The translations under genes and the position numbers were made by a program. Below the pieces are notes generated by a model. That model had not been told where the DNA came from, searched no databases, and saw nothing but the letters and a program-made list of their open reading frames with translations. 64,000 bases of DNA from a virus (taxonomy: Duplodnaviria > Caudoviricetes), in IMG/VR virus record IMGVR_UViG_3300046674_000204, positions 764-64,763 of that record; one strand, 5' to 3'. This document shows, piece by piece, positions 10,504 through 19,359 of the stretch. Within the stretch, counting starts at the first letter, position 1; every line of letters begins with the position of its first letter.

Positions 10504-10881
10504 TTATGGATTTTGCAAGACGCAGGCACACTTCGACCAATCGGGCCAAGTTTCGAGCACTTGGACCACGAGCCAATCACCGACATTCGGGCCATCGGCC
10601 AGAGTGACGATGTCGCCGCCCTTGGTTCTGGTTCTCAGCACGCCCTGGATATCGCCGTAGAAATAGATGCCTCGAGCCGCGCCGTTCAGGTTGAGGCCAT
10701 CGACCTGATGCAGATCTTTGAAGGTCATCGCCTGGACTTGAGCCATCCCAGTCACGGTGGCGTATGTCGGTGTGCGCGAGCCGTCTGGATTGGTGACGGA
10801 ACCGGTGCTCACCTGCATCGTGCAAGGAACATGGGGGTTAACCGTTCCGATGGCTCCAGATACCACGGCATGAAGATTCAT
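10504..10881 (-). CDS. Head-closure / head-tail joining protein
   Basis: MNLHAVVSGAIGTVNP...AQVQA...KGGD...WLVVQVLETWPDW. Confidence 0.7.
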   Translation of the reverse strand: MNLHAVVSGAIGTVNPHVPCTMQVSTGSVTNPDGSRTPTYATVTGMAQVQAMTFKDLHQVDGLNLNGAARGIYFYGDIQGVLRTRTKGGDIVTLADGPNVGDWLVVQVLETWPDWSKCACVLQNP

Positions 10882-10895
10882 CGGGTTTCCATCCT

Positions 10896-11453
10896 TTAGG
10901 GAGAGAGCACGCCCGCCGCCTGTAGCAGCGTAATAAGATCAGCAACGGTCGCGGTCAAAGGATCGGCGGGTGCCCCCTGCTGAAGGACGCCGCCACGAAG
11001 GGATGCGGTTGGCGTCGCAAGGGTTACCGAGATCGAGGCGTTTGCAGCACCTGTGAACGCGGCACTGGTTCCGGTAGCCCCATCCGTCAGCGAGAAAGTC
11101 CGTCCCGTAGCAAGAGCCGTTGCCGTTGCTGCATTGCCGGTAATTGTCGTCTGCGCCGGGTGAACGTGGTCACCTCTTGCATATGTCGTGGCCACACCGG
11201 GTGCTGCAGTGCCAGCCACAACCGGGTTTGTAGAGGATGCCGCAGGGATGGTAGTCGTGTCTGGAAGAGCGCTGACATCGGCTGCGTCAAGCACGACAAC
11301 GCCGGTCTGCCCATTCACCGAGGCCACCGAACCAGCACTGACACCGATGACCGCCTGCGCAGCGGCTTGCGACGATGCCTTGAGAAGACCGACGCCAATT
11401 TCAGAAATCGGAAGATCACCGGTCTGGGGCGAGAAAATGACTGTGCCAGGCAT
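10896..11453 (-). CDS. Head/neck fibre-like protein
   Basis: VASVNGQTG, ARGDHVHP, NAATATALATGR and LRGGVLQ...LLQAAGVL fibre motifs. Confidence 0.6.
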   Translation of the reverse strand: MPGTVIFSPQTGDLPISEIGVGLLKASSQAAAQAVIGVSAGSVASVNGQTGVVVLDAADVSALPDTTTIPAASSTNPVVAGTAAPGVATTYARGDHVHPAQTTITGNAATATALATGRTFSLTDGATGTSAAFTGAANASISVTLATPTASLRGGVLQQGAPADPLTATVADLITLLQAAGVLSP

Positions 11454-11469
11454 GGGTTATCCCTTCATT

Positions 11470-12006
11470 CTAAGATTTGACTTCGTAGTCGATGCTGTTG
11501 AGCAGTGTCCCGGAGTCCACCAAGGGCTTTGTTGAAACACCTTCAGTGCTCTCGCCAGACGCGACACGACGAGCTGCCTCGCCAACGGTCTTCCCTGACA
11601 CCACAAGATCAGGGTCCTCAGCCCGCATCTTGCGGAGCATGAGCGTGACTTGGCTAAGCGGCGGGGCATAAGTATCGATTATGGACTGTTGAAGCTGTCC
11701 TTGAATGGCCGCTCCGGTCTGCCCAAGCGTCTTTGCTGCGTCATAGCCATTGGCAACCAAGAGATTGCCGACAGCTTCCGGCCATTCGGGGCTTTTCGCC
11801 TCGATCATCGTCCGAAAGAACGGCCTTGGTGGAATTCCGGCCTTCGGGGCTCCGAATTCCTGGATGGCGGCAATATTGGCGACGTTTTCGCCCGAAGGAT
11901 AAGTGGCGTTCTCGAGGAACCCGACGTCCACCTCAGAGGCTTTCGAAACCTTCTGAGCAATCTCAGCCAGCGCCTTTGCGAGTTTGTCTCCACCAGTGAT
12001 TTTCAA
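11470..12006 (-). CDS. Neck / tail completion protein (HK97 gp10-like)
   Basis: VGFLENATYP...IAAIQEFGAP...IPPRPFFR...KPLVDSGTLLNSI. Confidence 0.75.
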   Translation of the reverse strand: MKITGGDKLAKALAEIAQKVSKASEVDVGFLENATYPSGENVANIAAIQEFGAPKAGIPPRPFFRTMIEAKSPEWPEAVGNLLVANGYDAAKTLGQTGAAIQGQLQQSIIDTYAPPLSQVTLMLRKMRAEDPDLVVSGKTVGEAARRVASGESTEGVSTKPLVDSGTLLNSIDYEVKS

Positions 12007-12878
12007 TATCTATCCAATCCATGATCAGCCCGATTTTTGGCTCTAGTTGCCTGCCGTCTGGCGATCTCTTCGGGAGATTTTGGCCCTTTTGCTTTGAAGA
12101 TGTAATTCTTTTTAAAGGTGGCTATCTGCCGCTGCTTTTGCTCTTCAGGGATGGGCTGTCCTTTGCGTACTTCGCGTGCCTTTTCAAGGTTAGCCAGTAT
12201 CTCTGGTGTCACCTCTTTGCTTTTAAGTGTGCGGGATATGCGGGCGCGATTTTCTGGGTCTTCCATGACCTTTTTGGTGGCCATTGCGACAGCTATACGG
12301 TTGGCCGGATCGGCCATGTATTTTTTCATTCTCTCAGATTGAGCCAAACGTTGCTCTTCGGACTGTTTTCTACCTGTTAGGGCGTCAGATATCTTCCGGC
12401 ATCGTTCTGGAGTAAACACACTTCCTGATGCACCTTCTCCGCCGTCAGTGAGATTGCAGAGCGTTCCCATCCCAAGGTCACGGCGGCCAAAAGCTGCTAT
12501 CAAATTCTTTTCGTACTCGAATGCATCAGTTTCGATGTCGTACCATGCGACGATCTCAACAATTGGTTCTAGCTTCAATCCTCGTATCTTTGCGAGGATT
12601 CTGCCGAACAATGGATTGTGCGGGTGTTGCGTCCCATGCTTGTGCTGGTCCGCTCTACGATGCTTTGCGGTTCCCTTCCCGACGTAGATCGGGCACCCCT
12701 TCTTTTTGGGTCTGGGATCACGGTAGACATAAACGTAAAACTTGCCTGCATCCGCAAAAAGCGGCAGGGTGTTATCAGCCATTTCGAACCTCGTACGTTC
12801 GTTATCGGTTAGAGGCCACCTAGCGCTGAGAACGCTTAGTGGTCTCGTTTTTATAACATTTTCAACGAGGTAGCTCAA
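12003..12878 (-). CDS. GIY-YIG-type homing endonuclease with NUMOD3 repeats
   Basis: FYVYVY...IYVGKG...R...E...LCNLTDGGEG followed by basic repeats. Confidence 0.85.
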   Translation of the reverse strand: MSYLVENVIKTRPLSVLSARWPLTDNERTRFEMADNTLPLFADAGKFYVYVYRDPRPKKKGCPIYVGKGTAKHRRADQHKHGTQHPHNPLFGRILAKIRGLKLEPIVEIVAWYDIETDAFEYEKNLIAAFGRRDLGMGTLCNLTDGGEGASGSVFTPERCRKISDALTGRKQSEEQRLAQSERMKKYMADPANRIAVAMATKKVMEDPENRARISRTLKSKEVTPEILANLEKAREVRKGQPIPEEQKQRQIATFKKNYIFKAKGPKSPEEIARRQATRAKNRADHGLDRY

Positions 12879-12896
12879 TAACTTTCAGCGTGACCA

Positions 12897-13274
12897 TTAG
12901 GCGGCAGTGGTCGCCGTTTCTTCTACGGTCGGTTCGCCAGAGGCTTGATCTGTCGCCTCAGTTGTCTGAGCTTCGGCATCGGCAGATGAGGCTTCCGTCT
13001 GTGGCAGATCGTCTGCTGTTTCCTGCTCTGCATCTTCGACCGGTGCTGGGTCTCTGCCTTCGGTCTCTTCCGTCTTCACCTGATCGGCGGCGTCGGGGGC
13101 AGCCTCATCGTGCGCTTCCGGCTCGATATCCGTTGTGGCCGGCGGCTCATCAGATGCGGGCTCATCGCCAACAAGACCAGATAGAATCTTCTCGGCCCAA
13201 GCCTTGAAAACCATCAGTTCCGCATTATCGGCCAGAAGCCGGCGGATATGCTTCTCATGAGCGTCGATATCCAT
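12897..13274 (-). CDS. Highly acidic low-complexity protein
   Basis: Short helical N-terminus then a long D/E/A/T/P-rich tail; coupled to upstream ORF. Confidence 0.6.
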   Translation of the reverse strand: MDIDAHEKHIRRLLADNAELMVFKAWAEKILSGLVGDEPASDEPPATTDIEPEAHDEAAPDAADQVKTEETEGRDPAPVEDAEQETADDLPQTEASSADAEAQTTEATDQASGEPTVEETATTAA

Positions 13275-13471
13275 CAGTTGGCTTCCTTTTCGGACGAGGC
13301 TGCCTCAGCAGCGCTTTTCTTGGGTGAGGTAGCGGATACAGCGGCAGAGGCGGCCTGCTCATCCACGGCGCTCTGTGCCTCAATGAGGTAAAGGCGATCT
13401 TCGATGCGCTTCAGACGATCTTCAGTTTCCGCCTTATGATCGCGGAATTCTTTGGCATAAGCTTTGTCCAT
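13274..13471 (-). CDS. Small coiled-coil hypothetical protein
   Basis: MDKAYAKEF... with AGGAGG RBS; shorter than the track ORF 13274-13696. Confidence 0.6.
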   Translation of the reverse strand: MDKAYAKEFRDHKAETEDRLKRIEDRLYLIEAQSAVDEQAASAAVSATSPKKSAAEAASSEKEAN

Positions 13472-13481
13472 GATAATCCTC

Positions 13482-13925
13482 CTACTGGTTGACCCATGGA
13501 TTGAAGTTGCGGCGCGGCCCCGGGATGTAGCGCATCGTGCGATATGGCGCAGTCGCAGCCCAAAACATCGCCCCGAATTCGGTTTGCAAAAACCATGCGT
13601 TGTTCGGTGTGCTCGGGAAATCCGCAGAGACAGACACGCTGCCTTCGGTGGCATCACTGATGCGGCCGACCAGTTGCGCACCGCCAGAGCCATCAATGCC
13701 TGTACCCTTTGGCCCGAACATCAACTGGGCGACATGCGCCACCATCAGGTTCAGAAGAACTGTTTGGGTGGCGGCAGTACTCACCGGGCCGCCACCGTCG
13801 TTGCGGCAATAGATTTCAGCGATCGGCAGAATAAGGCCGGTCACCTGTGTCTGATTAAGACCGGGAGTAAACTGTGGGAATGTCGCGGCCCAGTTCGCAT
13901 AGTCGAAAGTAACCTGCACACCCAC
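13482..13925 (-). CDS. Head-tail adaptor (DUF4054-like)
   Basis: GTG start with GAGGAG RBS; FDYANWAATFPQF...LLNLMVAH...VGRISDATEGSVSVS...QTEFG. Confidence 0.8.
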   Translation of the reverse strand: MGVQVTFDYANWAATFPQFTPGLNQTQVTGLILPIAEIYCRNDGGGPVSTAATQTVLLNLMVAHVAQLMFGPKGTGIDGSGGAQLVGRISDATEGSVSVSADFPSTPNNAWFLQTEFGAMFWAATAPYRTMRYIPGPRRNFNPWVNQ

Positions 13926-13941
13926 AGTCGTCTCTCCTCGA

Positions 13942-14370
13942 TTAGGCCGCTTCCTGCTTGTTCGCGGTCTGAATGCCGCGCGGCAGGTTATTCGGATCGA
14001 CCGGCTCCAGGCCGCTGCGTGTCGATTTGAACTCATTCGTCATGCTACGGACGGTGTCCTGCTTTTCGCTGGCGAAGATGAGTTTGTTTCTGACGGCGTC
14101 ATGATCCTTGTTCTGCGAGAGCCATGCGTCGAAGAATTCCTTGTCGACACTATGGGTGATGGCATAGCTCGATCCACGAGCCGCCATCGGCTGATCAGGG
14201 CGCTGCTTTTCCAGATAGCCTCGAATAGTCACGGCCTGGCCACGAGGTTGGGCCTTCTTCACGGCCCGGATTTCGCCCATAGCGTTGCTTTCGACGCTGT
14301 CGATCGTATCGAACACGCGCAGTTCAAGGCCATGCGGGAGTTTGCAGGCCACGGAAACTGTAGCAGTCAT
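13942..14370 (-). CDS. Conserved virion-associated protein downstream of the capsid gene
   Basis: VACKLPHGL...VDKEFFDAWL...SGLEPVDP. Confidence 0.7.
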   Translation of the reverse strand: MTATVSVACKLPHGLELRVFDTIDSVESNAMGEIRAVKKAQPRGQAVTIRGYLEKQRPDQPMAARGSSYAITHSVDKEFFDAWLSQNKDHDAVRNKLIFASEKQDTVRSMTNEFKSTRSGLEPVDPNNLPRGIQTANKQEAA

Positions 14371-14398
14371 GGTAGGCTCCATTGTTGAGATTGAGAAC

Positions 14399-14480
14399 GT
14401 CGGCGTCACGAGATGAGCAGGTATCGCGGGAGGAGGTACGAGCCGCGCATCCGTCTAGGCACTCGTCAGTGCCCGCCGAC
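14399..14480 (-). ncRNA. Candidate structured RNA element (three-way junction with CCUCCUCCC)
   Basis: GUCGGCG/CGCCGAC closing stem enclosing GGCAC/GUGCC and CGCGG/CCGCG hairpins; intergenic after the capsid stop. Confidence 0.4.
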
Positions 14481-14494
14481 TTATCGGTTGACGT

Positions 14495-15607
14495 TTAGAC
14501 GCCGAGCATCTGGCTGAGGCCAGCCGGCTGGCGGATGATGGCGCCCCACGAACCAGCAGTCATTTTCTTCTTCCACGAAGACATGGCGCGGATAATCGGG
14601 TGGCTGCGCAGCTTTTCATTGAACGCACAGTAGCCGACGTCCTGGCCATCGACGTCATCGAGGATGAGCTGGACCAGATTGCCACCGGCGATACCTGCGG
14701 GGTTGGTTGCGCTCTGCGCACCGTACTGCACGGCGGAGATGACACGAAGGTTCGGGAAGTTCTCCTTGAGGAGCGCCTTCACGTTGACGCCGAACGAATT
14801 GGTCGCGGTCATAGCCACCAGAGATTCCGGGGACATGGCGAGCGTCATCTTGGCATCGGCGTCGATCTGGTTCGGGGTCTGGCTGACACCAGAGGTCTGA
14901 GCAACGACCTTGATCCAGAGGGCCTGGATGTCGGCGAAGATCTCATTGGCAGTGGCGACGATCTGGCCATTGTTGGTCCATTTCACGCCGCCATATGCCT
15001 TGGTCGACGGGCTGAGAGGAGCCGACAGGTTGGGGTCGTTCAGGAGGCCGTAGTTCTGCAGGCCTTGAATGCCGAGGAAGTAGGTCTGGTTCAGGAAGCG
15101 AGCCAGGACCGTAGTGCCGGCGGTATCGACTTCGCCGACCCAATTGACGCGGCCAAGACCAGCACGTTCGATTTCCAGCTCACCGTATTCGGAGATGGTC
15201 TGGAAAAGGTAGGACTGACGCTGCGGCCAGTTCATGTTGGCGCCGGAGCGACCGTTTTCGTTGTAGTCGCCATAGGACGAAACTTCGCCCGTGGCTTCAA
15301 CAACCGGGAACATCGCGGTCTGATCGATCCATGTGCCCTTGCGAGTTTCGCCGAAGATCTTGGCGGCGCGGGTCGGGGCGAACACGACGCGATAGACGTC
15401 GGGATCGATAAGGGTCGTCAGAAAAGCCGGGATACCCGAGTTTGGCGCGGTGGAGAGCGCTGGCTGAGCATCCATTGCCATGAAGTTCACCTTCACGTCA
15501 GACCATGTGTAGGCCTGAGTATCGGGAAGATAAACGCCGGCCGCTTCGAACATCGGACGATGTGCATTCCAGGCAGCGGCAGCCTGATGGTAGTCATGAA
15601 ATTCCAT
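14495..15607 (-). CDS. Major capsid protein (DUF2184-like)
   Basis: 370 aa, GEVSSYGDY, RQSYLFQT, YGLLNDPNL and WGAIIRQP motifs. Confidence 0.88.
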   Translation of the reverse strand: MEFHDYHQAAAAWNAHRPMFEAAGVYLPDTQAYTWSDVKVNFMAMDAQPALSTAPNSGIPAFLTTLIDPDVYRVVFAPTRAAKIFGETRKGTWIDQTAMFPVVEATGEVSSYGDYNENGRSGANMNWPQRQSYLFQTISEYGELEIERAGLGRVNWVGEVDTAGTTVLARFLNQTYFLGIQGLQNYGLLNDPNLSAPLSPSTKAYGGVKWTNNGQIVATANEIFADIQALWIKVVAQTSGVSQTPNQIDADAKMTLAMSPESLVAMTATNSFGVNVKALLKENFPNLRVISAVQYGAQSATNPAGIAGGNLVQLILDDVDGQDVGYCAFNEKLRSHPIIRAMSSWKKKMTAGSWGAIIRQPAGLSQMLGV

Positions 15608-15681
15608 TGTTGCATCTCCTCAGGGAGCCGCCGGCGCGGAATGCGGCCGGCGATTGGGTTTGGGAATGACGAGGGCTGGGA

Positions 15682-16620
15682 TTAGCCCTGTAGCCATGAG
15701 CTGATCTTCATGAGTTCGCCCGGGAGAGCGGACGAGCGGACGACGAACTTGGTTTCGACATTGGTCGCCCCAGTGATCGCCGTAGACGCCACAACGGTGT
15801 TGTTGTTGACGATGTATGTCCCAGCACCACCAGTGCCGGTCCCAAGCGCAGTGATGGCCGTGCCAGCAACGACGTTGGTACCAGAAAGGGTCTGACCGAC
15901 GCCGAACACGCCGACAACAGTGCCGCCGACCGTGAGCGTGCCGTAAGTGCCGCTGATCGTGGTAGACGCCACGGTCTGCTCGGGAATGCTGACGGCGTAC
16001 GTTCCAATCCCACCGGTCGTACCGGAGAGCTGGGAAACGACCTGAGTGCCGCTTGCCACGCTGGTACCGGAGATCGTGCCGCCGGGGACAACCGTGCCAG
16101 AACCAACGGCGGAAACCGTCAGGACATTGTCAGCGATCGAACCGGTTACCGAGAACGTCGATGCGGCAATCGAGCTTGCTGAACCAGAGGCACCGCTCGG
16201 GGCACCCGTAGCAGCCGCGGTGAACTTGCCGTCGGCGAAGTTGGCATATGCCTTCATACCGGGGGTGGCTTGGGTCGCGCCGTTGTTCTTCACCCAGAAG
16301 TCGCCATTGTCGAACACGGTGACCGGGAAGCCGGCCGGAACGATCATGGTCGATTCCTGGAGATACTGCTGGATAAGGCCCTGTTGTTCGCGATGGGCGA
16401 TACCAGCGATAGGGCCAGAGCCAAAGGCATTGGCGACAGCCGGCGCACCGTCATCGTCAATGAAAGAGCTGGTCAGCCAAATGGCACGGGCGATAATGAA
16501 TGAAGCACCGGCGATAAGGCCACCGGGACCGGCGAGAACCACGGCACGCGGATTGGTGCTGGCAAAGTCGCCTTCAACCGCCGGAGCCTGGTTATAGTAA
16601 ATCTGCTGCTGGAATCCCAT
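15682..16620 (-). CDS. Capsid decoration / cement protein with two nested GTGTGGxGTY modules
   Basis: APAVEGDFASTNP...HREQQGLI...GDFWV core; immediately upstream of the capsid gene. Confidence 0.75.
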   Translation of the reverse strand: MGFQQQIYYNQAPAVEGDFASTNPRAVVLAGPGGLIAGASFIIARAIWLTSSFIDDDGAPAVANAFGSGPIAGIAHREQQGLIQQYLQESTMIVPAGFPVTVFDNGDFWVKNNGATQATPGMKAYANFADGKFTAAATGAPSGASGSASSIAASTFSVTGSIADNVLTVSAVGSGTVVPGGTISGTSVASGTQVVSQLSGTTGGIGTYAVSIPEQTVASTTISGTYGTLTVGGTVVGVFGVGQTLSGTNVVAGTAITALGTGTGGAGTYIVNNNTVVASTAITGATNVETKFVVRSSALPGELMKISSWLQG

Positions 16621-16633
16621 AAGGAAGCTCCTT

Positions 16634-17308
16634 CTAAAGTAAGTTTGTGGATTCGGCGGCTAGTCGCTTTCGTTCCCGATCCCGTATAGTTTGTCGGGCT
16701 CGCGCCTCGCGTATTTTGCGAAGTGCTTCTTCGGTGTGCTTGTGACCAGTGTTGCCAGGGTTGTTGAGCCGTTGCTTTTCCGCAGTTTCTGCTGATCGCT
16801 TGCGACCAACATTCTTTGCTCCGGCGCGGGCTCTTTCCGCCGGGTCTTCAAAGCGCTTCTTTTGGGTTGCGCTTATTGATAGTTTCGTTTCTTCTGAACT
16901 TAATCCGGCGCTGATGGCTGCTTTCCACTCATCAGAATGAGATCGCCCTCTATGGCGATCCCCAATCTTTTGTTTCGTTTCGTCCGAACAAACTCGACCT
17001 GATTGGCCTTCTCCACCATCCGTGAGATTGACGAGAGGGCCACCATGCAGTTCCCTGCCTATTGCAGCGATAAAAATTCGCTCCAACAAAAAGGCCTCCG
17101 TTTCAGAGAGGCCTTCTCTAATCTTGATTTTAGGAAGCTCTTCACCATTTGTGAGGGCCATTTCCACAATGGCATTTAGGTGACGATTGTGGATCCTATT
17201 GGCTCGTTTCTCGTGCTTGAACCAGCGGTTATCCTTACCTTTGCCCACATAGCAGGGCACCCCGTTCGGGCGGAACAGGATGTAGACGTAGTATGGACCA
17301 GTCGGCAT
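16634..17308 (-). CDS. GIY-YIG-type homing endonuclease with NUMOD3 repeats
   Basis: YYVYILF...YVGKG...LVNLTDGGEG; HSDEWK and HTEEAL repeats. Confidence 0.85.
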   Translation of the reverse strand: MPTGPYYVYILFRPNGVPCYVGKGKDNRWFKHEKRANRIHNRHLNAIVEMALTNGEELPKIKIREGLSETEAFLLERIFIAAIGRELHGGPLVNLTDGGEGQSGRVCSDETKQKIGDRHRGRSHSDEWKAAISAGLSSEETKLSISATQKKRFEDPAERARAGAKNVGRKRSAETAEKQRLNNPGNTGHKHTEEALRKIREARARQTIRDRERKRLAAESTNLL

Positions 17309-17311
17309 GCA

Positions 17312-19108
17312 TTAGAGCGTCTTGACCGTGTGCGACTTTGCTTCGGGGTAGAGTTCGAAGAAGGACGATGCCCCCTTGGCATCCATGGCAACCTTCGTGG
17401 TGCGCTGGATGTTGGCGCCGGGAAGAGGCTGGGCCTTGAGGATCGCCTTGAGAGCAGGCAATTCCTTGACGTCGGAAACATCGACGTTCATGGACGTCAG
17501 GGTCGAGCGGTAGATCGCGTCGGCGCTATCCATAGCCACCACCTTGCCGACGTATGGCCGAACGGCTTCTTCGGCATCGCGGATGGAATTCAGGCGGGCG
17601 ATGGTAGACTTTTCCGCTTGGCTGGCAGCCGTGCGAGCTACCGATACAAGGGCGGCGTCCATAGCCTTCTTGGAAACCATTTCTTCCTTGTCCTCATCTT
17701 CGGCCTTTTTGTCGTCATCCTCTTCGGATTCGTCCTCGGCCTTCTTGTCCTTGTCTTCTTCCTCGTCCATGGCTTCCTGGTCGTCTTCCATGTCCTCGTC
17801 TTCCGCCGCATTCTTCGGAAGGTCTTCATCGATCGCCAGAAGCTTCTTGACGACGTCTTCGATCTTGGCATCTTGCGCCAAGACGCCAGTGAGCGCTGCG
17901 GTTAGAGCCGCCGACCTGGCTGCATGTGCTGCGATTTTCTTAGCCATATCAGGCTCCTTTTCGCGTTTGATTGCTTCATCACCAACAACGACATCGGGAC
18001 CGGCTCGGCCCTCAACGACAAGGGCGAGGTGATTGCCGCCTATGTTTCTCATGACGCCATCGAACCTCTGTCCGTTGGCGATGCCTGGGGTCATGTCGGC
18101 CTCATAGCGATAACCGCATGACAATTCTTTCTGCTTGTCGGCCTCGATCAGATCGATCGCTTCCCCGTCCCAGATGTTGAGCGATGCCATCAGGTACGGA
18201 GCCTTGAACCCGACATTGCTCCCGATCGATCCCACCACGATCTCCCGCGGATGTTCTTCCGCACTGACCGGCTTGTGGATGATGAGGATAGGCTTGCCGG
18301 CGAAAGACTGGGCCGCCATGGCAAGCTCTTCTGGGTCACGGTACATCTGATAGATGCGATCAGGATCAAGACCCATTGCCGATGCGTTCGGGATCTCCCT
18401 ACCGTAATAGGGGCAGATATTCGCCTTCGATATCGGCGTCTCTTCCACGAACATGTGGCCGTCAGCGTCGATGCGGCGAACACTGCGGTCCATCGCAATC
18501 TTATCCATCGCGCCCATGATCTGGCTTTCCTGCTCTTCGGCATTCACCCAATTGACAAATCCGATGCGCAACATCGCCCAATCCTCAGGCGTCAGTTCGG
18601 CATCGATCCCGAGCCTATTGGTCAGAGTTTCCATCACGGCTGGGTGCATCGGTCCTGGCAGCATGTTCAGAGGGCACCAGGCATAGCCGGTATGCTCGTC
18701 GTTGAGCTGCGGCACGAACTTCGAAGGAACCGACTGTGCGAAGGTATGAAACGCCTTTCCTGTCGGCGTCACGCGGCTGTCAAGCAGATTCATCGCAGTC
18801 GCACTCTCCGGGATGAGCATTCCCATCTCTTCGTGCGCTTCGCGGTCGGCGGTCTGTTCAGGTGTCTCGCCTTCTTCGCCGCCACCGCCAGGCAAAGCCC
18901 AATGGCCGGCATAATTTGTCTCGGTCGATGCTCTGCGCAGAAGCAGCACGTCACCATCGGGCGCAACGTAGAGGATGCCGGCGGCATGCCCGTTGATCGC
19001 ATCGGCAGTGATGAACTCTTCGCCTACGGCCTTAGGGATGCCCAACTGGGACTTTCCTTCAGCGGCAGCATACATAGCGCGCCTTTGAGCCTCACTGGTT
19101 GCCGGCAA
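17312..19108 (-). CDS. Nudix hydrolase fused to DUF2213 prohead protease / scaffold
   Basis: TTG start; intact Nudix box GGGEEGETPEQTADREAHEEMG; ELSCGY...NHLALVVEGRAG protease motif; acidic scaffold tail. Confidence 0.85.
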   Translation of the reverse strand: MPATSEAQRRAMYAAAEGKSQLGIPKAVGEEFITADAINGHAAGILYVAPDGDVLLLRRASTETNYAGHWALPGGGGEEGETPEQTADREAHEEMGMLIPESATAMNLLDSRVTPTGKAFHTFAQSVPSKFVPQLNDEHTGYAWCPLNMLPGPMHPAVMETLTNRLGIDAELTPEDWAMLRIGFVNWVNAEEQESQIMGAMDKIAMDRSVRRIDADGHMFVEETPISKANICPYYGREIPNASAMGLDPDRIYQMYRDPEELAMAAQSFAGKPILIIHKPVSAEEHPREIVVGSIGSNVGFKAPYLMASLNIWDGEAIDLIEADKQKELSCGYRYEADMTPGIANGQRFDGVMRNIGGNHLALVVEGRAGPDVVVGDEAIKREKEPDMAKKIAAHAARSAALTAALTGVLAQDAKIEDVVKKLLAIDEDLPKNAAEDEDMEDDQEAMDEEEDKDKKAEDESEEDDDKKAEDEDKEEMVSKKAMDAALVSVARTAASQAEKSTIARLNSIRDAEEAVRPYVGKVVAMDSADAIYRSTLTSMNVDVSDVKELPALKAILKAQPLPGANIQRTTKVAMDAKGASSFFELYPEAKSHTVKTL

Positions 19109-19346
19109 CTTCGTCTTCCTTCTTGAGGCCGATCCAATCACCACCGCGACCCGGATTGTCACAAACCACTACCAGCCGAGGATCAGCGTCGATCGCTTTG
19201 GCAAGCACCTCATACTGTTCATCGACGGTTGCCCCTGGGATCTGATACCCCATGTTCGTGAAGCCATGCAGGATCATGCCGAGCGTGCGAGATCCATGAC
19301 GCGCAACGAGTTCGTGCGCGAAGTCTTGAAGATGCGACGGCATCAC
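19092..19346 (-). CDS. Hypothetical protein
   Basis: 84-aa ORF with AGGAG RBS between MuF and protease genes. Confidence 0.55.
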   Translation of the reverse strand: MMPSHLQDFAHELVARHGSRTLGMILHGFTNMGYQIPGATVDEQYEVLAKAIDADPRLVVVCDNPGRGGDWIGLKKEDEVAGNQ

Positions 19347-19359
19347 TCACTCCTGATTT

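Noticed and set aside
14600-15685. Long plus-strand ORFs opposite structural genes (also 6534-7295, 9110-9961, 18251-19126)
   Set aside because: Antisense shadows of high-GC coding genes with no motifs
5807-17308. Endonucleases as intron- or intein-encoded ORFs splitting structural genes
   Set aside because: Flanking genes have complete termini and abut the endonuclease genes with no room for intron cores; no intein motifs seen in TerL or DnaB
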